From positions 45,260,001-45,324,000 of the forward strand of contig OZ024744.1 in assembly GCA_964016885.1 (NCBI GenBank): 64,000 bases of DNA, given 5' to 3'. The notes below the pieces were generated by a model, which was given only the letters and a program-made list of their open reading frames with translations, did not search any database and had not been told where the DNA came from. The DNA is from Eledone cirrhosa (taxonomy: Eukaryota). The stretch's first letter is position 1; every line of letters begins with the position of its first letter. This document shows positions 13,024-23,739 of the stretch, piece after piece. A program made the position numbers and the translations under genes.

Positions 13024-13374
13024 GGAGGCACATGGCTTAGTGGTTAGAGCATTGGCCTTGCAATCGAAAGGTTGTGAGTTCAATTCTCAGACCAGGTGAT
13101 GTGTTGTTTCCTTGAGCAAGTCACTTTATTTCACATTGCTCCAGTTTACTCAGCTCTAGAAATGAGATGATAGGGACTGCGGTCCCTATCATTCCACTGC
13201 AAAGTGGTGGTGGAGGTGCCATGGCATAAAAGCACCCAGCACTCACTGTAAATGGGGTTGGTGTTAGGAAGGGCATCCAGCTATAGAAATCAAGCCAGAA
13301 TCAGTTCCCGTCCCACCCTTGCAAGCAGGGAAAAAGCGGACGCAAAATGAAATGATGATGATGATGAAATGATG

Positions 13375-13375
<1 letters not shown>
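13024..13375 (+). mobile_element. tRNA-derived SINE with RTE-derived 3' tail
   Basis: A box TGGCTTAGTGG, B box GAGTTCAATTC, then sequence shared with RTE 3' UTRs and (GAT)n. Confidence 0.8.
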
Positions 13376-13411
<36 letters not shown>

Positions 13412-14055
13412 ATGCAGGAGGGCGCTATAGAAGTGGTGGATAGCTTCCGGTACCTAGGAGATCAGATTAGCATGGGAGGAGGGTGTTCCGAGGCCATAGT
13501 ATCTAGAATAAGGACGGGTTGAAAGAAGTTTAGGGAGCTGCTTCCTCTGTTGACAAAGAAGGTTTCTCCCTGCGTACAAAAGGCCGGTTGTATGATGCCT
13601 GTGTGAGGAGCGCGATGCTGCATGGTAGTGAGACATGGGCAGCAACTGCAGAGGATATGCGACGGCTGGAGAGAAATGAGGCAAGCATGCTCCGTTGAAT
13701 GTGCAGTGTAAATGTGCGTGAACGAGCCAGCATAAATGTGTTGAGAGAGAAACTGTGTCTGAGAGGGATAGAATGTAGTGTACGGGAGAGGAGACTGAGG
13801 CGCTATGGACATGTGATGCGCATGGAGGATGACCGATGGGTGAAGAAGTGTCAGTTGAAGGAAGACGTGGTAGAGGTAGACCACGAAAAACATGGGCGGA
13901 GGTGGTGAGAACAGACCTCAGATCATTGAAGCTCACGGCGGAAATGACGAAGGACCATGACGAGTGGAGAGATGCTGTGCTGAATAAGACCCGTCCCACT
14001 CTTGCAAGCAGGGAAAGGCGGACGTAAAATGATGATGATGATGATGATGATGATA
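13412..14055 (+). mobile_element. RTE 3' fragment (family C)
   Basis: [24 protein letters not shown] motifs; (GAT)n tail. Confidence 0.88.
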
Positions 14056-14228
14056 TATATATATATATATATATTCTGGTGACAGAGGGAGTTTGGTCCA
14101 TTTATGTTTGGACCTGGTATATATATGTATATATCAGAGATAATGAATCTGATAACTGTTTCCTGTATTTGTAAATTTATTTGTATATATACATGTAGGT
14201 TTACTATGATTTTGTTTATATATTCTAG

Positions 14229-14288
14229 GTGTCCATATTACAGTATCCCCTCGCATTGCTTCAATAGAGAAAATATCAACTGAAAAGG
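14229..14288 (+). CDS. Repeat exon 13, type C (60 nt): G-VHITVSPRIASIEKISTEK
   Basis: Canonical splice sites, open in phase 1. Confidence 0.75.
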
Positions 14289-14355
14289 GTAAGTTATAAT
14301 TTGAACATCATCTAATAAGTTATTCAGTAATTTATCCTTTCTCTCTATATATAAA

Positions 14356-14436
<81 letters not shown>

Positions 14437-14441
<5 letters not shown>

Positions 14442-17080
14442 TACTTGGGGAGGGTCATATTTGTGTAATATTGCCAGAATTAATAACAGAACACACTCAC
14501 TGTTTGGTTGGTTTTCTTTTCCCTTCTCGCTGTCTTTTATATCGGTAATCTAACTTACTCGGTCCTCAATGTTGCCATTGACTGACCGATGGTCAAAAAT
14601 AATACAGATACAATATAGACACAAACACATATATATATAGTTTATCATAAATCTTTCATTGCATATCTGCAACATCGTCAGTGGTGTTATATTTTCCTCC
14701 TGTTGTGTTGTATGTCTACGCCATTTTTATTCAGTCTGTCTATATATTTATTTATTTATTTGCTTGTTTGTTTATTTTATTTCGTCTTCTTTGCGCATGC
14801 GTTTGCGTGTGTATAGTGTTATGTTTGCTGTGTGATGGGTGACTAGTGTGTGTTTATGTGCTTGTGTATTTATTTATCTTATTTTATTTACTTATTTATA
14901 CTTCTCTTAGGTCACTGTTGTTTGTTTGGGTGTTTGTTGTTATTCCATTCATTCTTTCTGTTTAGCTTTGGTCTTCTAATTTCTATTTCACTGGCCTCTC
15001 TGATTTGCCTATCTGCTGGGTCATTTCTATGTTTAGATATTATTCTAATTTCTATGTTGTCTATGTTACCATTGTGTTGTTGTGTAGCATGTTCGTATAG
15101 TACTGACCCGTTTTTTCATCCTTTTAGTTCCCCCCAGTGTTGGTCTATCCTTTCACCTATGCTACGAGCTGTCTCACCTATGTATGTTGTTGTCATGTTT
15201 CTGCAAGTACCCTCTGTACATCTTATGCTATAGACTACGTTTCTAGTTTTACAGTTTATCCGGGGGTTCACCTTACATATGATACATTTCCTATTGGTAC
15301 AGTGGGTTTTCTTAAAAGGGTAGGTTTTGCTGATCAGGGATTCTATGGTGGTTCCTGGCTTTTCTGCCACCTTTATTTTTAAGTGGGTCTTTCTCAGGGC
15401 CTTTCTACACTGGTTAGCTAATTTCCCTCCAGGGGTGGCGTCCACAAACATGACACTCTGGTATCTCTGGTTGTCGTACCATGAGGTGGCTTTCCCTATC
15501 TTATGTCTAGCCCTATCTAAGCTATTCAATGATTTGCTCCTGTATAATGGGCAAATTCCTTTCATGTCCAGTTCTATGAGGGTCTTATACTTTTCCATGG
15601 CTCCTTCGTATACTCTGACTCTGTCTCTTTGGTTGTAGCCAGAGAACTGCATGCGGTTGATGAAGTGTTGGATGTGTCTTTCCATTTCTGTTGGGTCGCA
15701 CATGCGGGACACATTCTTCATCACTCGTACCAAATCTGCGATCACAATATTAAACTTAGCACTACTGGACATTGCTGAGTTTTTGAGTATCAGGTATTTG
15801 GAGGCCATGGGTTTAGCATAGTGTGAGTGGAGAGTTCTGTGTCTAATACAGGTAGTCTATTGTTAGGGTGTTTGGAAGGGAAGTCGATAGTTACAGTTAT
15901 ACTCTGGTGTATGGAATTAGCTATCTGCTGGATGCTTTCCATCGTGCTACATTCTAAATCAAACTTGTTAGTGCTCTCTAGTAGGGGTGTTCTTATAACT
16001 ATATTGATATCGTCTACATAACGAGAGTACATGATGAGGTCTATGGAGCTTTCATTAAGGAGATCTTTAAGTCTCCTTTCCCACCATACCATGAAAAGGT
16101 TGGCAACATCACCAGCTATGCTGACGTCGATGGCTGCTCCCTCATTTTGGGTGTAGATTTTCTCGTTGAACTTAAATATGTGGCCCTTTAGGGTAGTTTT
16201 GATACTAGCCCCTATTGCATGTGCGACCATTTTTCTTACCTGATCATTGTTTTGGGGGGTCCGTATAGATTTGGTTCACCCAATCCACCTTCCCATGGGA
16301 GTCTTTTTTGCTATTGAGGTTATGGTGGGGGGTCTACCTCTTATAGCTCTACTAGGGCAGAAACATCTAAGGTCATGGCTGTCTAGGTAGTGAGTGTCGT
16401 AGGTAAGTCTAAGTAGGAGGCCCAGTTCGTCTGTGTCGACGTCGCAGAACTCCACCTCACTCTCAATGATCATCTCCACACATGTTTTCACAGCAAAATC
16501 AATGTTAATGGATGGGTACAGTGACACCACATCCATGCTGCCTATTATGCAGTTGGATAGGCTCCTGTTTTTGTTGCACTCACTGATTGTGCTGAGGAGG
16601 TCCTCTGTACTGTCACATACATCTGGGGACATCTTGATTATGGGGCGTATAACCATTGAGAGGAAGTAGGAGATCCTGTAGTTGCTAGCTATATTAGCTC
16701 CGTATACGGGTCTTGTTGGTGGTCCTGTTGTCGGGTCGTCGACTGTCTTGTGGTCTTTGCGGAGGAAAATATAACACCACTGACGATGTTGCAGATGTGC
16801 AACGAAAGATTTATGATAAACTATATATATGTGTTTGTGTCTATATTGTATCTGTATTATTTTTGACCGTCGGTCAGTCAATGGCAACAATGAGGACCGA
16901 GTAAGTTAGATTACCGATATAAAAGTCAGCGAGAAGCGAAAAGAAAACCAACTAAACAGTGAGTGTGTTCTGTTATTAATTCTGGCAATATTACACAAAT
17001 ATGACCCTCTCCAAGTATAACAATATTTGTTTGGACACACGATTTCATATAAAAAACCTCGCAAAACTAATTCATAGCCG
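14437..17080 (-). mobile_element. Penelope-like retroelement (RT + GIY-YIG), 5'-truncated, with inverted pseudo-LTRs
   Basis: RT motifs MDVVSLYPSI and YSRYVDD; GIY-YIG VVYSIRC...YIGET; 14437-14700 is the inverse of 16760-17021. Confidence 0.9.
16775..16818 (+). ncRNA. Degenerate minimal hammerhead ribozyme in Penelope pLTR (antisense copy at 14643-14686)
   Basis: CTGACGA-T-GTTGCA/GATG/TGCAAC-GAAA-GATT-TA; stem I imperfect. Confidence 0.5.
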
Positions 17081-17139
<59 letters not shown>

Positions 17140-17296
17140 TATGCCAGGGACAGAGGGAGGTTGGTCCAGTTGTGTTTGCACCTGTTGTATATATGTATAT
17201 ATCAGAGATAATGAATCTTATAACTGTTTCCTGCATTTGTAATGTTATTTGTATATATACATGTAGGTTTACTATGATGTTGTTTATATATTCTAG

Positions 17297-17356
17297 GTGA
17301 CCATATTACAGTGTCCCCTCCCAGTGCTGCAATGAAGCCTGAAGCTACTGAAAAGA
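17297..17356 (+). CDS. Repeat exon 14, type A (60 nt): G-DHITVSPPSAAMKPEATEK
   Basis: Canonical splice sites, open in phase 1. Confidence 0.75.
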
Positions 17357-18034
17357 GTAAGTTATAATTTAAACATCATGTAATAAGTTATTCAGTAATA
17401 TATTTAGGTTTTCAATAGTAAATTTATAATTACTTAATTCAGTCAACAATATCAAACTCTATATTACAAACTCCATAACATAATCCAGAATAAACATTTT
17501 ATTGACTTTCTCAAAGACCTTGTAATGATGACAAAAGTATAGCTAGACTTTTTTAGGGCATTATCAGAGATAGCTGAGAAAGCATAACATTATATGTGGT
17601 TCAAATGAGAAGATAAATGTTACACTAGATTCATTGAGGTAGATTGAATTATTTCAGAGATCAGTATTCTCTTTATCAAAACTTCATCCTACAGTTCTTC
17701 ACAATTTCTTGTCTCACTTCATTGTTCATACACTGCACACTCTTATCCACTACATCATCCACTACCCTAAATATTTGGTTATGCCTGTATATATATCTGT
17801 TCTTCAGAACCAGTGGGAAACTAGAATATTTCTCTCATAATTCTAGACATCCCACATATGACGAGCCACACTTTACTCCTTTTGGAAGTTTTAGATTTGT
17901 GGGATAAGTAAGCATGCCATTGACAAAACAACCCGTATAAATGGATCTAGTGGATTAAATAAATGAAAACTTATTCTACCCTTTCTTCAACTTGACAACA
18001 AACTCTTGTCAATGAAAGCCCTCTAGCTTTTATT

Positions 18035-18224
18035 GGTGAATTGACAGTATCGGTAGAGGGTTGGACGTCATGCATTGAGGCATAGAGTTACGGTCCTTGC
18101 CATCTGAGTTCAAATCCCGCCGAGGTCAACTTTGCCTTCAATCCTTATGGGGTCAATTAAAATAAAGTGCCATTAATGTACTGAGTAATTGCTGGACGTG
18201 TGCCAAAAGTAGAAACCATTATTA
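18035..18224 (+). mobile_element. tRNA-related SINE (further copies 20815-21005 +, 44128-44262 -, partial 29375-29480)
   Basis: B box GAGTTCAAATCC and shared core gccgaggtcaactttgcc...ggggtc; absent from the paralogous introns. Confidence 0.75.
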
Positions 18225-18249
18225 TTTTCTTCCGTATAATTTTTTCCAG

Positions 18250-18315
18250 GTATAACTCTTGCAGCGATCTTTGTCTCTCAAACAGACACACTTATCAAAG
18301 GTGGATCAAAAGAAA
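18250..18315 (+). CDS. Repeat exon 15, diverged type B (66 nt): S-ITLAAIFVSQTDTLIKGGSKE
   Basis: ttttccag|...|gtaagt; many substitutions but no stop or indel. Confidence 0.75.
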
Positions 18316-18407
18316 GTAAGTTGTATTTCAAACACATTTTCTACCCAGTTAGTACAGAATACTATTACATGTGTTTCAACATTAATATCAAATTGACATA
18401 ATATTTT

Positions 18408-19145
18408 ATTCTGTTTAGCGTAAGCTAGGTGAATATATGAGCGCTTAGAGAATAGAACCTACACGAACGAGGGCTATGAGCAGAGAGAGAAAAAATAGCG
18501 TTCGTGAGTGCAGGATGAAATGAAGAGAAGAGGGAGAAAAACAGTGAGTGAGTGAAAGTGTGAGGAAGATTAACGGACAAGACAGAGGGGGAGAAACAGA
18601 GAGAATGGGGGAACAGTAAGAGAGAGAGAAAAAACACAGAATCGCAGTGGTAAATATATGTATTAAAATATAGAGAAAAATACTGCAGGTAGCACATGGG
18701 TAACATGTAATGAAATAAGTCCCTCATCAGTGATTTGCCGAAGATCATAGATATTTCATTGCATTAAAAATCATATATCTCACTTCGGTGCAATAATAAC
18801 CAAAATAAGTTATTAGGACAATTAAAACGCGTAAAGCGAGTGAGACAGGAGAACAGAAAATATAGCATACCGTAGGGGAGAAACAAGCTTCAAAAATTAT
18901 TCTGTTTAGCGTAAGCTATGTGAATATATGAGCGCTTAGAGAATAGAACCTACACGAACGAGGGCTATGAGCAGAGAGAGAAAAAAAATAGCGTTCGTGA
19001 GTGCAGGATAAAATGAAGAGAAGAGGGAGAAAAACAGTGAGTGAGTGAAAGTGTGAGGAAGAGTTAACGGACAAGACAGAGGGGGAGAAACAGAGAGAAT
19101 GGGGGAACAGTAAGAGAGAGAGAAAAAAGACAGAATCGCAGTGGT
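18408..19145. repeat. ~240-bp direct repeat pair (18408-18650, 18899-19145), possibly Penelope-type terminal repeats
   Basis: Near-identical copies about 490 bp apart; a minus-strand CTGATGA half-core at about 18724-18730, related to about 36793-36799. Confidence 0.6.
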
Positions 19146-19582
19146 TATGGCTGAGACAGCGGGAGTTTGGTCAATTTATGTTTGGACCTTGTGTATCATC
19201 ATCATCATCATCATCATCATCATTTAATCTTCAACGCTAGCATGGCTTTAGACGGGAATTGTCCCACTTGAAACAAGATTGGTTGTCTTGCTCGTATCGG
19301 ACTATCTGGCAGATTTTCTATTGCTGGATGCCCTTCCTACCTCCAACCACATTTACAGTGTGGACTGGGAGGATTTTACCGTGTTACCTACACAGGAACA
19401 TTACAGCGTGGCCTGTGTGTTTTTTTGTCGTGACACCTACACGACCTTATTTATTTAGGACTGGATGTTGTGGTATATATGTATATATCAGAGATGATGA
19501 ATCTAATAACTGTTTCTTGTATTTGTAATGTTATTTGTAAATATACATGTAGGTTTACTATGATTATGTTTATATATTGCAG

Positions 19583-19627
19583 TGTCTCCTCGCATTGCTT
19601 CATTGAAGACTGAACCTACAAAAAAAA
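19583..19627 (+). CDS. Repeat exon 16, shortened (45 nt): M-SPRIASLKTEPTKK
   Basis: Original acceptor deleted; ttgcag|TGTCTC...AAAA|gtaagt keeps phase 1-1. Confidence 0.6.
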
Positions 19628-19753
19628 GTAAGTCATGAAATAAGTAATGGTGGTTGGTGTGCGTGTGCACACACACATATACACTAGATTCATTGAGGTA
19701 GATATATATATATATATATATGTGTGTGTTGTGTGTGTACATATTTATATGCA

Positions 19754-19817
<64 letters not shown>

Positions 19818-19871
19818 TGTTTTTGCATATACAAACACTTTCTACCTGTCATATACACGCATATGGGATAT

Positions 19872-20340
19872 TGTTGTGGGTACAGTGTTTTCAGACCAGC
19901 TGGTATCTCTTTTCCATGTTTCACCAGCCTTAATAAATTTCCATATCTGCCCATCATCACGTAGGCTGAAGTTTTCATGTTCTGCCGAGCTGTGGTTTAA
20001 GGAAGCTGCAGCACGCAGCTTTGGGCGGACATCAGTTGAAAGACCAGGGCGTGTTCGGAAGGCAATCCGACTTTCACGACTAGCTTTATCAGAGGCCAAA
20101 AGATATGAACGTGCCTTAGTTGAGTTTGAAAAAGACAGTCTAATTAAGCTGGGTTTCGGGCCTCGTCGGCCAAGGCCTAGAACACACACGCTTAGGGAGA
20201 GCACAGCCCATGTCTTTGGATGAACTGGCAGCAAATGTCTGTAGATCAACTATGTCTTCTGGTACACCAATGGCAATCACTTTGTGGTTTACAGATTCAG
20301 TGGCATTCTCAATGCGTCTAGATTCGGCAAGAGGTATGTG
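19872..20340 (-). mobile_element. CR1/L2-type ORF1-like fragment (second copy 31015-31330)
   Basis: LGRRGPKPSLIRLSF...RIAFRTRPGL; the second copy is fused to the CR1 RT at about 31015. Confidence 0.55.
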
Positions 20341-21068
20341 GAGATTTGGTATGGTGGAACTAATGAATAAAATCGCAAGTACATATATAAATGAAGTGAT
20401 GCTGGTGTTATGTGTATTTTGATGTATACATATAGGTTTAATGGGTTGTATATAAATTCATTGTGTACCTGTTTGGATGTGTTTGTCAGGTGATGCTTTT
20501 TTGAGTGTGTGTGAGCCCTGTTTGTGTTTGTGTAAGTGTGAGGTTCTGTGTGTGCACTCTCTGTGGATGTGTATGTAAGTCTAATTTTCTTTATTAGGAC
20601 TGTTGCTATGATTATAGAACATTTAGTAGTAAACGGAGATAAGCAGTTGGCGTCCTGAATTCTTTCGTTACATATATATATATATATATATAAATGGCAG
20701 GGCCAGCGGCAGTTTGGTCCATTTGTGTTTGGACCTGGTGTATATATGTATATATCAGATATAACGAATCTAATAACTGTTTCCTGTATTTGTAATGTTA
20801 TTTGTATATATAAAGGCAGTGGATTGGCAGTATCGGTAGAGGGTTGGACGCCATGCTTTGACACATAGAGTTACGGCCCTTGCCATTCTGAGTTCAAATC
20901 CCGCCGAGGCTAACTTTGCCTTTCATCCTTACGGGGTCGATAAAATAAAGTACCAATATTACACTGGGTAATTGCTGGCCTCGTGCCTAACGTAGAAACA
21001 GTTATTTGAATATATACATATAGGTTTACTATGATTTTGTTTATATATTCTCGGTGACCATATTACAG

Positions 21069-21113
21069 TGTCCCCTCGCAGTGCTCCTATCAAGCCAAAA
21101 TCAACTAAAAAGG
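21069..21113 (+). CDS. Repeat exon 17 (45 nt via internal CAG; ancestral start 21054): x-SPRSAPIKPKSTKK
   Basis: Canonical AG mutated to CG (ttctcg); internal ttacag gives an in-frame 45-nt exon; donor gtaagt intact. Confidence 0.5.
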
Positions 21114-21180
21114 GTAAGTTATAATTTGAACATCATCAAATAAGTTATTCAGTAATTTATCCTTTCTCTATATATATAAA

Positions 21181-21213
<33 letters not shown>

Positions 21214-21367
21214 GTCAGGGACAGAGGGCGTTCGGTACAGTTGTGTTTGGACCTGGTGTATATATGTATATTTCAGAGATAATGAATCTAATAACTGTTT
21301 CCTGCATTTATATTGTTATTTGTATATATACATGTAGGTTTACTGTGATTTTGTTTATATATTCTAG

Positions 21368-21426
21368 GTGACCATATTACAGTGGCCCCTCGCATGCTTC
21401 AATGGTGCAAAAATCAACTAAAAAGG
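21368..21426 (+). pseudogene. Repeat exon 18, 59 nt (frameshifted pseudo-exon or sequencing error)
   Basis: Splice sites intact; cgcattgct has become cgcatgct (1-nt deletion). Confidence 0.55.
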
Positions 21427-21665
21427 GTAAGTTATAATTTGAACATCATCTAATATATTCAGTAATTTATCCTTTCTCTGTATATATAAATATATGTATA
21501 TATATATATATGCCAGGTACAGAGGGAGTTTGGTCCATTTGTGTTTGGACCTGGTGTATACATGTATATATCAGAGATAATGAATGTAATAACTGTTTCC
21601 TGTATTTGTAATGTAATTTGTATATATACATGTTGGTTTACTATGATTTTGTTTATATATTCTAG

Positions 21666-21725
21666 GTGACCATATTACAGTGTCCCCTCGCATTGCTTCA
21701 ATAGAGAACAAATCAACTGAAAAGG
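21666..21725 (+). CDS. Repeat exon 19 (60 nt): G-DHITVSPRIASIENKSTEK
   Basis: Canonical splice sites, open in phase 1. Confidence 0.75.
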
Positions 21726-21792
21726 GTAAGTTATAATTTGAACATCATCTAATAAGTTATTCTGTAATTTATCCTTTCTCTCTAAATTTAAA

Positions 21793-21842
<50 letters not shown>

Positions 21843-21845
<3 letters not shown>

Positions 21846-23715
21846 TCATCATCATCATCATCAACGTTTAACGTCCGTGTTCCACGCTTGCATGGGTTTG
21901 GACGGGGGTAGTCCCACTTGAGGCAAGAGTGATTGTCTTGCTCGCATAGGACTGTCTGGCAGGTTTTCTACAGTTGGATGCCCTTCCTAACACCAACCAC
22001 ATTTACAGTGTGGGTCTGGGAGGTTTTTACCGTGTTGCCTACACGGCCACATTACAGCGTGGACTGTGTGTTTTTTTGTCGTGACACCTACACGATCTCA
22101 TTTGTTTCGGCCTCGATGGCGCGGCACCAACATAACTTTACATAGAACGGGGTGGTGTGGATCGGGTGGGGGTGGTGGGACGGGGTGTATTTGTTAGAGA
22201 TGCCTACTGGCTGGAGTAGGTTTTACTATATATTTAGGTAAGGCGGGTCTTCTCTGTTACTGAGTACCGCCAAAGGTCTCGGTCCAGTGACATTGTCTTG
22301 GAGAGGTGTAAGTGTGTGATGTCGGAGTTTATCAGCTCGTCCCAGGTTTTTCTAGGTCTGCCTATTCCGTGACTACCGTCTATCTTTATTGCCCTGCACT
22401 TTGTTATACAGCTATCGACTTTCATGCGCATCACGTGTCCATACCAACGTAGCCTTCTCTCGAGTAAACAACATCTGATCCCTCTTATCTCTAATTTATT
22501 CCTTAGTTCGTTTATGCTTTGCCGTTCACGTATATTACTGTTACACATCCAGCGGAGCATGCAAGCTTCGTTCCTCTCTAGTCTGCGTATATCCTCTGCA
22601 CACAATGCCCAGGTCTCACTGCCATGCAGCATTGCTGTTCGTATGCAGGCATCGTACAACCTGCCTTTCATTTTTAGTGAGAACCCTTTAGCAGCTAATA
22701 GTGGTATAAGCTCTCTGAACTTTTTCCAACCAGTTCTGACTCTAGCTACAGTACTTTCAGAGCACCCTCCCCCACTGCTGATTTTATCGCCCAGGTAACG
22801 GAAGCTGTCCACTATTTCTATAGAACCCTCTGCGCAATTGAAAGAGCTAGTAGTTTGTGGGCACTTGCTGCTACTCATTGCACCAGAGCACCGGCCACAT
22901 GTAAAATCTATGTTCTTAGTTAGCCTACCTGTGATCCCACTACATCTTTTATGCACCCATACTTTGCATTTAGGACATAAAATGGAGTTTCTACCTACGC
23001 CTTTCCTACACACCGAGCACGACCATTTCCCAGAAGGGACCGCCGCCTTGTTTTCTTTCCTACAAACTAGTACTTTGGTCTTAGCCAGGTTAATTTTAAG
23101 TCCTTTTGACTCTAGGCCGTGCTTCCATGTTTGGAATTTCTTCTCTAGCTCGGCCATTGATTCCGCTATGAGTGTCAGGTCGTCTGCGTATAGGAGTTCC
23201 CATGGGCAGCCTGTCTTGAACTCCTCTGTTATGGCCTGAAGGGCAATAATAAATAGTAGTGGACTGAGAACAGAGCCCTGATGGACGCCGACTTTTACGC
23301 TAAACTCTTCACTATATTCGTTGTTAATTCTAACCTTGCTGACTGTTTCTTTATACATGGCTTGTATAGCCCTCACAAGCCATTCGTCAACGCCTAGTTT
23401 TCTAAGAGCCCACCAGATAATGGAGCGGGGGACTCTGTCGAAGGCTTTCTCCAAGTCGACAAAAGCTAAGTAGAGGGGTTTACCTTTAGCTAGGTACTTC
23501 TCTTGTAGTTGTCGTACTATGAAAAGAGCGTCTGTGGTACTTTTGCCTGACACAAACCCGAACTGCATTTCATCTAGGTCAATTCTCTCTCTGATTAGTT
23601 GCGCTATTACTCTTTCCGTGACCTTCATGACCTGGTCGATTAATTTAATGCCTCTATAGTTACTCCTATCTAGGGCGTCTCCTTTACCCTTATAACAGTT
23701 AACGATGATGCTGCT
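21843..23715 (-). mobile_element. RTE LINE family B, 5'-truncated, intact RT-end ORF (464 aa)
   Basis: ORF 22234-23628 with LYADD and PHD-like Cys cluster; (CAT)n tail at 21843. Confidence 0.95.
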
Positions 23716-23739
23716 ATATATATATATATATATATATAT

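Noticed and set aside
13024-13100. tRNA-like sequence
   Set aside because: No complete cloverleaf; it continues into a SINE body and RTE tail.
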